From: a virus
IMG/VR virus record: IMGVR_UViG_3300045125_000040
Coordinates: 94,791 to 158,790 of that record
Strand: one strand, 5' to 3'
Length of the DNA: 64,000 nt
Positions 31,382 to 40,825 of the stretch are shown one piece after another. Each line of letters starts with the position of its first letter. Positions within the stretch are counted from its first letter, which is position 1. Under the pieces are notes generated by a model. It was not told where the DNA came from. It saw only the letters and a program-made list of their open reading frames with translations, and ran no database searches. Both the position numbers and the translations under genes were made by a program.

Positions 31382-32083
31382 TTATTTAGTTTTTACATAA
31401 CTGGCTTTGATATTCTTCTTTTCAAGAACTTCAAATCCATTAGCGAATAGATAATCCTTTTCAATCATATCATGATCATACATCCAGATATCATCAAATA
31501 CCCATACAGCACCAATTGGAGACTTTAAGGAAAAGAAAGAAATTTCTGTAATAACTGCTTCATTTGTATGAGGACCATCATAGAAAACAAAAGCATATTC
31601 ATTTACAAGCTTCTTTTCTTCATCATATACTGGAACACCAGTTGAATAACGATTAAAGAATTCAGTGTCTTCCAAACAGAAGAATGTAAAATTTAATCCT
31701 GCATTATATGCATAATAATATAGAGAAGGAATAATACGATTTCTCATATCATTTGTATAATCAAATTTTGTAGGGAACTTTACGTCTTTTGACATAGGAT
31801 CGCCCTCTACTTCATACTTACCCGGATAATGAATAGAGGCATTAATGTTTGTAATATCAAGATCAATATTACCATATGGATCAATACAGAACATCGCACG
31901 ATTGTTGTTATGTGTATTGACCAATGTATCAATAATCATCTTAGCAGAACCACCACGACGAGTACCAATTTCCACAATAGCGCCTGGTGTATGTCCAACA
32001 TGAGCTACTGCATTTACAAGAATTTCATATTCCTGTGAATCAACAGCAAAAACTTCTTCATCACTAAACCTAATAATAGCCAT
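31382..32083 (-). CDS. Class I SAM-dependent methyltransferase
   Basis: VEIGTRRGGS, IDPYG, FYDGPH, VFDD. Confidence 0.8.
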   Translation of the reverse strand: MAIIRFSDEEVFAVDSQEYEILVNAVAHVGHTPGAIVEIGTRRGGSAKMIIDTLVNTHNNNRAMFCIDPYGNIDLDITNINASIHYPGKYEVEGDPMSKDVKFPTKFDYTNDMRNRIIPSLYYYAYNAGLNFTFFCLEDTEFFNRYSTGVPVYDEEKKLVNEYAFVFYDGPHTNEAVITEISFFSLKSPIGAVWVFDDIWMYDHDMIEKDYLFANGFEVLEKKNIKASYVKTK

Positions 32084-32084
32084 T

Positions 32085-32324
32085 TCAACCTCCGTATAAA
32101 ATTTTAATCATACCAACCAGATATATCAATAATACCACAGATTGTATAATTGTCAACGATAGTTTTTTCCAATGTAATGCCATGAGAAACCATAAGAAAT
32201 TTCCTATAACACTCATATATATGTTAGCTGGATATAGATTCCATGATGTTAGAGCAACGCCTAACATCAATGTTATTGTTGCAGCCCACTCAATAAAAGT
32301 CCACCACTTGGTCTGCGATTCCAT
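32085..32324 (-). CDS. Small membrane protein
   Basis: Three hydrophobic segments. Confidence 0.6.
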   Translation of the reverse strand: MESQTKWWTFIEWAATITLMLGVALTSWNLYPANIYMSVIGNFLWFLMALHWKKLSLTIIQSVVLLIYLVGMIKILYGG

Positions 32325-32856
32325 ATTTTATTGCCTCTCTGGATGTGAGCCAAATATCTTCTGCAGGTAGTAGATATTTTTTAATAGTTGCTTCTGATTG
32401 ACCAGTACAACGCTTATAATGGTCAATAATTCTACGACTCGTATTATTGAACTCTTTTACTGATGCCATAAGTTCATGTTCTTTACCAATTGAACCCCAA
32501 GAGAATTGGTGAGAAAGAATGGCGGTATTACGAGTAATGAACCTCTTTCCTTTTTGTCCTGCCATAAACGTAAGTAAACCACAAGAAGCAATTTCACCCA
32601 AACCATAGGTATACACCGGAATCTTAGAGCCTTTGATAGTATCAATGAGAGCAAATGCTGCTGGAACTGAACCACCAGGTGAATTAATAATCATTTTGAT
32701 TTGTTTTGGTTTATCCTTGCTAGTCATTAGATTTCTTGCAAGGATGAATGTCATAGCATCTGAACAGGAACTATTATTAAAATCTTGTGAGAAAATATAA
32801 TAATGATGTTCATCTAGGCTTGGAACTGGTTTATCTTCTTCTTTTACATTAATCAA
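32290..32856 (-). CDS. clpP: ATP-dependent Clp protease proteolytic subunit
   Basis: INSPGGSV, IASCG (catalytic Ser), SHQ, EAIKYGIAD. Confidence 0.9.
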   Translation of the reverse strand: MINVKEEDKPVPSLDEHHYYIFSQDFNNSSCSDAMTFILARNLMTSKDKPKQIKMIINSPGGSVPAAFALIDTIKGSKIPVYTYGLGEIASCGLLTFMAGQKGKRFITRNTAILSHQFSWGSIGKEHELMASVKEFNNTSRRIIDHYKRCTGQSEATIKKYLLPAEDIWLTSREAIKYGIADQVVDFY

Positions 32857-32872
32857 TTATGCCTCCATGATA

Positions 32873-32901
32873 AAAAGGGTGGCACGGACCTGCCACCCTT
32901 T
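32873..32901. terminator. Bidirectional terminator
   Basis: AAAAGGGTGGCA...TGCCACCCTTTT inverted repeat. Confidence 0.8.
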
Positions 32902-32907
32902 ACTTAG

Positions 32908-33429
32908 TTATCTCTGAATGTGCATGTGGTTAAAGTGACCAGCAACACGCCAGAGGACTGTATAACCTGCTCGTCGGGCAGATGCCGCAATGCGGTCAAA
33001 CTTACCTCCATAAGCAGAATGTGCTTCATTCACGCCACGACCAACATTAATGTCAATCGCACGACCAGCATAATGCGCCCAACCATGATGAACATGGTGA
33101 ACACCACCGAATGCTGGATGTTCGGACACTCTTAGTCCCATATTCTGAAGCATATGTCCATATGATACAATAGATTTTGACATAGGTCCAGAATAGTTGT
33201 GAGTGTAAGTATGATAACGGCTGCTATGATGGGCAGCATGTTTTGGTGAATGTACTCGAAACTGTGGTGTTACAGTCCAATTACTTCCACCTAGAAGATC
33301 ACCAATAGGATCAAAGGTGACTTCTTCGTGTTTTGAATACTGAGTATTCTGACTACGACTTGCTTCTGCTACATTGCTGAATGCAAAAATAGCTGATGCT
33401 GTCATCGCAGCAAAAATAATCCTCTTCAT
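32908..33429 (-). CDS. Secreted Hedgehog/DD-peptidase (M15-like) fold protein
   Basis: Signal peptide; H-x6-D (HYAGRAID) and HFNHMH zinc motifs. Confidence 0.65.
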   Translation of the reverse strand: MKRIIFAAMTASAIFAFSNVAEASRSQNTQYSKHEEVTFDPIGDLLGGSNWTVTPQFRVHSPKHAAHHSSRYHTYTHNYSGPMSKSIVSYGHMLQNMGLRVSEHPAFGGVHHVHHGWAHYAGRAIDINVGRGVNEAHSAYGGKFDRIAASARRAGYTVLWRVAGHFNHMHIQR

Positions 33430-33462
33430 TTTATTACCTTTCTGTTATGTGTAACTGACACA

Positions 33463-33858
33463 TTAGCACGGATGATAATTTAAATGTGCTGTTCCATTAA
33501 ATCCAAGGGCACTTCTTACATTTTGGTTTACGTCAATAGTTCTACCTCTGACGAATGGCCCTCTATCAGTTACAACGGCTACTACTGATCTACCATTCGA
33601 AGGGTTATGAATACAAACCCTTGTACCGAATGGTAAAGTTCTATGCGCCACCCCATAGTGATGACGCATACCCGAAGCTGTCCGTCCACTTCGGTCATTA
33701 TACCACGAAGCATTATGTCCTGCTCCAGCGGAATAATTATTTATATGCTTGTTTTTAGCATAGTTAACTGGTTTAAAAATGTTTGTCAAATCATCTAAAA
33801 AAGATGCTTGTGCTGTACCACAAAATAATGTGATAATTAATACCATAAAATATTTCAT
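33463..33858 (-). CDS. RlpA-like double-psi beta-barrel lytic transglycosylase
   Basis: Signal peptide; ASWY, TASG, AHRTLPFGT, TDRGPF..GR.ID. Confidence 0.88.
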   Translation of the reverse strand: MKYFMVLIITLFCGTAQASFLDDLTNIFKPVNYAKNKHINNYSAGAGHNASWYNDRSGRTASGMRHHYGVAHRTLPFGTRVCIHNPSNGRSVVAVVTDRGPFVRGRTIDVNQNVRSALGFNGTAHLNYHPC

Positions 33859-33873
33859 AACATTTCCTTATGT

Positions 33874-33949
33874 TGGTTGTCGTACCGGGAATCGAACCCG
33901 GATCGGACGCTTATAAGGCGTCTGCTCTGACCTATTGAGCTATACGACG
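33874..33949 (-). tRNA. tRNA-Ile(TAT)
   Basis: Cloverleaf; GACGC-CT-TAT-AA-GCGTC; CCA. Confidence 0.9.
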
Positions 33950-33953
33950 ATAA

Positions 33954-34030
33954 TGGTGCCCTTGGTCGGATTCGAACCGACACTTGGTTGATTTTGAGTC
34001 AACTGCCTCTGCCTGTTGGGCTACAAGGGC
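33954..34030 (-). tRNA. tRNA-Leu(CAA) with short variable loop
   Basis: GTTGA-CT-CAA-AA-TCAAC; CCA. Confidence 0.9.
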
Positions 34031-34031
34031 A

Positions 34032-34107
34032 TGGTACTCCGGGTAGGATTCGAACCTACGGTAGGGCCGTTATGAGCGGCTGGCCTTGACCACTTGGCGA
34101 CCGGAGT
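34032..34107 (-). tRNA. tRNA with CAT anticodon (Met or Ile2)
   Basis: GCCG-CT-CAT-AA-CGGC; GTTCGAAT; CCA. Confidence 0.9.
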
Positions 34108-34113
34108 GTATTA

Positions 34114-34569
34114 TTATGCCAACAAACGGTCAGCAGCAATAGAAGCAGCAAAGGCGTTTGGTTTAACAAAAGGAATAACGTTACACATACCTTTAATATA
34201 TCCAACCGCCTCTGAGATTACACAATGTGAACTATACTTGATATTTGGATTGATGTCAAGATGTATTTCACAATGTTTATTACCAATTGCTTCTTCTAAA
34301 TCAAGATACATTTGTGCTGTCTTAATAACTTCATTCATAAGACGCATACGTGGTTTGTCTTTTTTCTGGTCATAATCTATTTCTGAAACTACTTGACCAA
34401 AAATTTTACACCCTCTACACCCATCATAATGTATAACAACTACAGTTGCATATTCGGCAAACCACGTATTTCTTTTTAAAAATCTGGCTGAATCTGAACC
34501 AATATAGATTTTGGTTGTATCAGATGTATTCATAATAAAGTTTCTAACTTCGTCCAGATCCAGATTCAT
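34114..34569 (-). CDS. RNase H-like YkuK family protein
   Basis: IYIGSDS, R.MNEV, EIHLDIN, VKPNAFAAS.AAD. Confidence 0.85.
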   Translation of the reverse strand: MNLDLDEVRNFIMNTSDTTKIYIGSDSARFLKRNTWFAEYATVVVIHYDGCRGCKIFGQVVSEIDYDQKKDKPRMRLMNEVIKTAQMYLDLEEAIGNKHCEIHLDINPNIKYSSHCVISEAVGYIKGMCNVIPFVKPNAFAASIAADRLLA

Positions 34570-34572
34570 TTA

Positions 34573-34812
34573 TCACCTAATCTGATAAACTGCTGTACCA
34601 CAAGATGGCTTAATAACTACGGTGCCTTCCCATGGACGTAGCCAACCACTGTGCCAAGTTCCACGAACACAATACATTCCACGATGAACAGGAACAGACC
34701 AGTCGCCTGTAAATGGTGGGTCCTGAACCGGATTATAATAGGTACCATATGGTGCCTGTGCCATAGCAGACGTGCTAAACATCAGTGCAGCTAGAATTAA
34801 AATCTTTTTCAT
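34573..34812 (-). CDS. Secreted small protein
   Basis: Signal peptide MKKILILAALMFSTSAMA. Confidence 0.65.
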   Translation of the reverse strand: MKKILILAALMFSTSAMAQAPYGTYYNPVQDPPFTGDWSVPVHRGMYCVRGTWHSGWLRPWEGTVVIKPSCGTAVYQIR

Positions 34813-35099
34813 AGTCCTAGAACTCCTAGACCTAGAACACCACGATTACGTGGGGCGATATCAATCTGCAGATCACCACCATCATTATCAACATCAACAT
34901 CAACGTCAGCGCCCGGAGGAGCAGTTACAACCATACCATGTGGCGTAACCTGAACTGCTGGAGCCAGAACACCCTTGCTCTTTGTTGGACTTGGAACTGC
35001 AACAGTCTTACCATTGTGGGTCTCATCATGAGTATGGAGAGCAAAAGCTGATCCAGTTAGACCAAACACAATAGCAGTAGTTAGAAAAAACTTATTCAT
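34809..35099 (-). CDS. Secreted small protein
   Basis: Signal peptide MNKFFLTTAIVFGLTGSAFA. Confidence 0.65.
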   Translation of the reverse strand: MNKFFLTTAIVFGLTGSAFALHTHDETHNGKTVAVPSPTKSKGVLAPAVQVTPHGMVVTAPPGADVDVDVDNDGGDLQIDIAPRNRGVLGLGVLGL

Positions 35100-35270
35100 T
35101 TTTTATTCCTTTTCATTTCATTATATTCATTAGGAGTTAAATGTTGATGATCTTCGCAAGGTTGATAATTAAACCAAGAATCAAATGTTATTGATCTCTT
35201 ACCACAAATCTCGCAACGAACATCATACTTTTCAAGAAAACTTTTATTTTTCTCGTCAAGATTTTCCATA

Positions 35271-35372
35271 TTATCCTCTACGCTTACGACCCTTCAAACG
35301 ACGAGCCTTACGCTTCTGACTGCCGACTTTACGGCGACCCTTACGTGGTCTATTTTTTCTTGCCCAACTCAA
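35271..35372 (-). CDS. 33-aa extremely basic peptide
   Basis: TTG start with AAGGA RBS; MSWARKNRPRKGRRKVGSQKRKARRLKGRKRRG. Confidence 0.6.
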   Translation of the reverse strand: MSWARKNRPRKGRRKVGSQKRKARRLKGRKRRG

Positions 35373-35384
35373 TGTTTTTATCCT

Positions 35385-35610
35385 TTCTGTTTTTTGATCT
35401 GCCTAAATAAAATCCTTCTGGAATATTATCAGGATAACACATTTTATCTTCATTACCATTAGTGTACCATCTAGAGCCTTTCCCATTAAGGACAGGTTTT
35501 ATTCCTTTTTCCTTTCACCATTTGACGCCATACATCTCTTCCTTCATTCTTACCAAGTTGATTCTGTAGCTTGATAAGTAACTTTCGCATCTTCTTACCT
35601 TTTTTCATAA
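35385..35610 (-). pseudogene. Homing-endonuclease DNA-binding domain remnant
   Basis: SRWYTNG...IPEGFYLGR motif without a nuclease domain; frameshifted. Confidence 0.4.
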
Positions 35611-35620
35611 TACCACTCCT

Positions 35621-36000
35621 TCATATATTTGTCAAGTATTTTGTCTTATGTATTTTTGCTGATATCCACTGGTTATAGTATTCTTCTGTCTCTAAAACTC
35701 TACGATCTATTTGTTCCCGTAGTTCCAGATAAGACATTTGAGATTTATTAGTACAGAGATAGAGAATTTCTCTTTTGAAGTTATTGATTCCAAACAATTC
35801 CACGTGTTCATTAAGTTCTTTATTAGAACCATAGTAGGTTTGCCAATCGCTTTCTACTTTAGATTTTTCTTTTTACCTTTAACTTGTTTAGTTCTTGTAA
35901 AATGAAAAAATCTTTTTACCAATATATTTTTTATTGGTAGCTATATTGGTGATCATATAGACCATTCCAACATAGCCTTCTGGTATTTCTTTTAAATATT
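35621..36000 (-). CDS. Conserved GIY-YIG-like protein (start uncertain)
   Basis: GMVYMITN...KYIGKK...ESDWQTYYGSN...FKREIL..C. Confidence 0.7.
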
Positions 36001-36234
36001 CACCTTTGTATTCCCACATCCCAAAGTCTCCTTCGGGATATTTATCCTACCAGCGGTGATATTTTTTTGTGCTCTTATATCTTTATTGTTCCAAGTCCAA
36101 CATTCACCAGTTTCATCCTGAAAACATACCCAATGTAAATCGTGTTCAAATCCGTAATCAACAAGGAAGTGTGCCATTGCTTTTCCTTTCGGAGTAAGCA
36201 ATGGCAATGGAGGATCAATCCTCGTAATCGTCAT
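35992..36234 (-). CDS. Hypothetical protein
   Basis: TPKGKA.AHF.VDYG.EHDL.WVCF. Confidence 0.6.
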   Translation of the reverse strand: MTITRIDPPLPLLTPKGKAMAHFLVDYGFEHDLHWVCFQDETGECWTWNNKDIRAQKNITAGRINIPKETLGCGNTKVNI

Positions 36235-36430
36235 CCGGATTCATTTCTGACCAAACTTCATCAAACGCTTCATCAACAGATTTATAAACATCATAAAGTT
36301 CTGCGCCATTATCTTCAAAAATTGGAATCAATTCTCTGTATATGTCACATCTTGCTTCATAATCAGCAACGTTTGCTCTAATTACTGTGGCAATTTCTTC
36401 AAATATTTGTGAACCTGTTGACCATGCCAT
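36215..36430 (-). CDS. Hypothetical acidic protein
   Basis: 71-aa ORF, MAWSTGS start. Confidence 0.55.
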   Translation of the reverse strand: MAWSTGSQIFEEIATVIRANVADYEARCDIYRELIPIFEDNGAELYDVYKSVDEAFDEVWSEMNPDDDYED

Positions 36431-36847
36431 TTATTTTTCCTTCTTATTATTTTGTTGATAAATTACTGAACCGTAAATCTCCTCATAAGATAAACCATCT
36501 GTCACTGGTCCTGGATCTGATATAGAAAATTGACCAGTAGTAACATTACTAAAAGTTTTAATATGTCCTACGTTATCAACAATATGATCTGTTGAACATG
36601 TTATTCTAGATGGGCAATTATCATGTGGACATACGTATCCATAAGATTTACCATATTCAAAAAACATATCACAAATAGGACATCTAGTTCCTGCGTTTTT
36701 AGTTCTTAACCAATCTTGTTTTGGTTTCCATCCTTCTTGTGGAATAGTTGTGAATGGATTAGGAACAGGTGGTTGTTGCCACCTTTTTCCTAATTCATAT
36801 CCATCTTTGAAACCTTGTTGGTATCCATCTTTCCATTCATCACTCAT
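36431..36847 (-). CDS. Hypothetical protein with CxxC motif
   Basis: GY..GF..GY; CPIC...CPHDNC. Confidence 0.55.
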   Translation of the reverse strand: MSDEWKDGYQQGFKDGYELGKRWQQPPVPNPFTTIPQEGWKPKQDWLRTKNAGTRCPICDMFFEYGKSYGYVCPHDNCPSRITCSTDHIVDNVGHIKTFSNVTTGQFSISDPGPVTDGLSYEEIYGSVIYQQNNKKEK

Positions 36848-38730
36848 ATTTCACAGTTCCCTGCTGAACAAGCCAATGTTTGAGCACCTTCTACGTTATC
36901 AACCATTTCGATAAGATTATCCCAATCAACATTAGTAGGAATATTTATAATAGCTTTATTATATTCCTCTTCTGTAATGGTCTCATATGGTGCTTGTTTA
37001 TATGAACCACCATCATATGGTAGGAATGAAACACCTGACATTTCATCAAAATGATCATAAACCCATGCACCAACACGTGGCCATTCTGCTTCAGTTACAT
37101 TAATTGTAACAGATGGCTTATGTTCACACCAATGACGCTGATACTTCAACCAAAGTTCAAGATGATCAATAGCAGTTACTGACTCTCTAGTAATTGAAGT
37201 TTCTGGTAACTTCATTGGGAAAGAAAAAGACAGTAGTAGAGTGGGGTTTTGTAACGTCTGGCTCATGAGGAACACCGGAAGCGATAAGATGCCCAGTAAG
37301 AGGATCTTTGTTATCCGATCTAACCCGCCTAATGTAAAAGCGATCGTGACCGGGATGGATACCGCTAGGGAGATAACACAAGCTGAGATACAGTGCCGGA
37401 TGGCTTGACACAGGTAATAGCAACTGACTGACTGATTCCAAGTTTTTCGCTCCATTCTTTATTGGTATCAATAGAAACTTGCTTCAATCTTTCTAGACGA
37501 GCAGGAAGTTCTGGATCATTATAATCATTCATTAATGGACTATCATAGATACCAGTTAATGAAACACCAAGAAGTCTTTCTTCCTCTGTATTCTTCTGCC
37601 AAATCTTACGAAGATATGGGAAGTTTGTTAGGGTTGACTGGAACGTTCCAAGGATTGTTGCAATTCTAATCTTTGTTGCAAGGCTCTTTTCAGTGTCATC
37701 AGATCTAATAACAACTTCTGTGAGATTACAGAATTGATAAGGGCGAAGGATAATCTCCGAGCAGGGATTAGTTCCAAATTCATGGTTAGGGTCTCTTCTT
37801 CCAGACTTCTTAGCCACTCGTTGAGATGCATCTCTACTAAAGATTCCTCGCTCTCCTGACTTTGATTCATAGATAGAGAGCCATTCTTGCATGAACTGCC
37901 CGACTTCTGGCTTTTCTGTGTAGACTGCCGAATTGTTGGATAATGCTCTTTGGACATTTGCTTCCCACCATGCTCCTGCTTTTGCATGACGCATACGATC
38001 ATCTGAAAGGTTTGATAATGAAATCATTGCTGAACGACGAACGCCACCAACAACTACAACCTCACCAATCTTACACATAATATCATGGCACTCAAGAGAA
38101 GTCAAACGACGACCTCTAGCATTCTTAAAAATCTTAATAACAAACTTGAATAGATCATTCAATGGTTCTGGACCAGATGAACGGCCACCAAAGGTCTTAA
38201 GAACAGCGCCAGCTGGACGAAGTTGAGATAGATCCACTTTGGAACTTCTCCAGCATAGAGCAATGAAATAAGCATATCGAAGTGCTTTGGACCAACCTTC
38301 CTTGGAATCACGAACTGTAATCACAGTATCGCAATCATAAGTTGTTCTGGAATCTCTGGTAGCTTGTTTACATACTGACGTTCAACAGAGAAACCAACAC
38401 CTGTGCCATTCATAAGAATACACATGGCTTCATCAAATGCCTTGGGATCATCAATAGGTAAATAGAACAATTATAACCAGCAACATTATCACGATCTAGT
38501 GCCTTACCAGCGGTCATCAATGCTCGCATAGAAGGCATAACTTCTAGATTAAGAATAGCATTAAATACTTCTTTCTTTAGCTTTTCATCATCAATCTTAA
38601 CCTTATCAAACATATAGTCAACATAGCGTTGGACTGTTTCATGCCAATGTTCTCTACGATTCTTCTCTGGTAGAAAACGTGCATATCTTGACTTGTGGAT
38701 GTACTGCTGGTATACGTTCATATCTGTCAT
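36844..38730 (-). CDS. nrdJ: Class II (adenosylcobalamin-dependent, monomeric type) ribonucleotide reductase (rejoined)
   Basis: YIHKSRYAR, MPSMRALMTAG, GTNPCSEI, TCVKPSGTVSQL, CEHKPSVT, C-terminal CSAGNCE. Confidence 0.93.
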
Positions 38731-39066
38731 ACTTTTACCTCATAAACTGGTTTGCTTTAATTTCTTCATCTGTTCGATCATATTTAATGATCCTCTCGAA
38801 CCATTATGTATTACTATTGCAGCATCAGCATATTCTGCCATCTGCCTATTTCTGATTGGTCCTGCTGCTTTACCGTGTTTCTTCCAATCAGCAGGAAACA
38901 TTTTTACTGGAGTATCGGATATCTCGCCTATTTCCCAACCTAATTGGTCTACACCTTTGGCGCATCCGCATACTATCTCTGATATATTTTTAATAAAAGG
39001 CTGAACTACGTCATTAACAATTTTGAAGTCAGTAATATCTCTACTTCCTGCTATGATTACTTTCAC
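38726..39066 (-). CDS. YspA/DUF2493-type SLOG protein
   Basis: VIIAGSR, G.AKGVD, ADW..HGKAAGPIRN.QM. Confidence 0.8.
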
Positions 39067-39085
39067 TAATAATCGCCTTCATCTG

Positions 39086-39349
39086 TCATACTTTTACCTT
39101 GATGTTTGAATTATGAAGCAATTCTATTGATGCTACATATTTCTTCCATGTAATAAATGGTTTATTTTCTCTGATAGCAAAATACAATGTTGGTTCAAAT
39201 GTAATTTCATCAAACTTTATCGCAACTACGAATAGGTCGTTTTCAGTATGACCTTCCATAATATTCTTTACTTCTTTTTCATCTTTAACTACATGAAAGT
39301 AAAATTCAGCAACAACTGTGGTTGTTTCTGGTCTTTCAATTATTTTCAT
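39086..39349 (-). CDS. Hypothetical protein
   Basis: 87-aa ORF, overlapping junctions. Confidence 0.5.
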   Translation of the reverse strand: MKIIERPETTTVVAEFYFHVVKDEKEVKNIMEGHTENDLFVVAIKFDEITFEPTLYFAIRENKPFITWKKYVASIELLHNSNIKVKV

Positions 39350-39636
39350 TCTTTATCCCTCTTGTAAATATACTTTTTCTTCTGTTCCGGCGTCCATGAT
39401 ACTGTGTGGTCATTCATCTCATCGAACACCTTTATATATTCTTCTTCTGTAATGACTCTATGTGAAAATATATCTTCGCTGATGTGCTGTTGTGCAAACT
39501 CTTCTAGTTTTTCAGAATTATACATATCGTAATTAACATCATCAAGCGCATACTCATTCGGTTCATCGTCATTTAGTTCGACTGCATAAACATGACGAAA
39601 CATAGAAACGGTTTCAACCAATACTATTTTAGGCAT
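39346..39636 (-). CDS. Hypothetical protein
   Basis: VLVETVSMFR..Y.VE motif. Confidence 0.6.
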   Translation of the reverse strand: MPKIVLVETVSMFRHVYAVELNDDEPNEYALDDVNYDMYNSEKLEEFAQQHISEDIFSHRVITEEEYIKVFDEMNDHTVSWTPEQKKKYIYKRDKE

Positions 39637-39801
39637 CTTTCACCTCAATAAGCAAATATTCCTTATCATACATTGGATAGATATACCATCCTGCTTGTAG
39701 ATCAAGTAGCCATGACTGTGACTTTTTGAAATTAACTGGCATATGAAAATAAAATGTCACATGCTTATGCATATTTGATATACCACCAGCAATATTATAA
39801 C

Positions 39802-40573
39802 TCATGACCACCACTTCCACCACCAATCTCTTGATGACTTTTCTAGTTCTTCTTTGATTTCCTGTTCAAACCAGTAATCATTCAATGATGGGAACTGCTT
39901 TAAGATTTCTTCACGGGCAGCAATAGCAATCTCACGATGTTCCTTCTGTGTGCCTTCTTCTGCACGAACATCAATGTAATGAATCCAAGAACGAAGCGTC
40001 CCTGACATATATAGACGGGTCTTGGTTAGACCTTCTGGTAAAACTGCTCTTGCTTGTTCCTTTGCAATACCATTTCTGATTGCCCATTCATATGTTGATT
40101 TAGCATGAACTTCAACATTGTGTTGTTTAATTTCCCATTCGTTTTGTAATGGAAAATCCTGAACTTCAATGCTATTCTGTCTATTCTTCTGATCCTGTAG
40201 TCGTGCTTCTCTTGTTACGAAACCCATGTCCCTTTGTTGGGTCGGCATAACGCTGACTAAACTCCTGAAATGAGAATGAACGATGACGAACAATCTGATG
40301 AGCAATGTCACGGGTTGTTTCAATGTCCATAGTAATAGACACCATCTCAAAAGGAGACCAGTGCTTATGTGCGATTAGATACTTTAGGAGTTTTGGTGCG
40401 GTTAGTGTGTTGTGCTGATTAGATGGGTTTGATACTCTTGCTGTATATGCGATAAACTCTTCTGGAGACATGCGTCTAGTTTCATCTGCCCTACCATACT
40501 TACCTCTTCCTGTTGTGATTTTAAATTCTTCTCCAACAGGAACTGTAATTCCAATAATCTTCGCTGTGTTCAT
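39802..40573 (-). CDS. thyX: Flavin-dependent thymidylate synthase (rejoined)
   Basis: [36 protein letters not shown]. Confidence 0.93.
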
Positions 40574-40825
40574 ACTTCAATGACCTCATAAGTCTGTTCA
40601 AAGATACCAGGATGACATGGATAAAACTCTCCATGAACGCCTCGAATAATATAATCTCGTAGTCGTGCAGTCATTACACCTTCTAGAGTCATAATCTGAA
40701 TAGAAGGTTCTGCATTGTCATCTCTTCGGAAGCAACAATCCCTTACACCAATCAGCGACGATTGGAGCATTACTATCTAGTAGCTGCATAACTTCAACTT
40801 CAACTGGTTTCTTACGTGCTCTCAT
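40570..40825 (-). CDS. Conserved phage protein (PGDYG-like)
   Basis: [29 protein letters not shown]. Confidence 0.65.
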
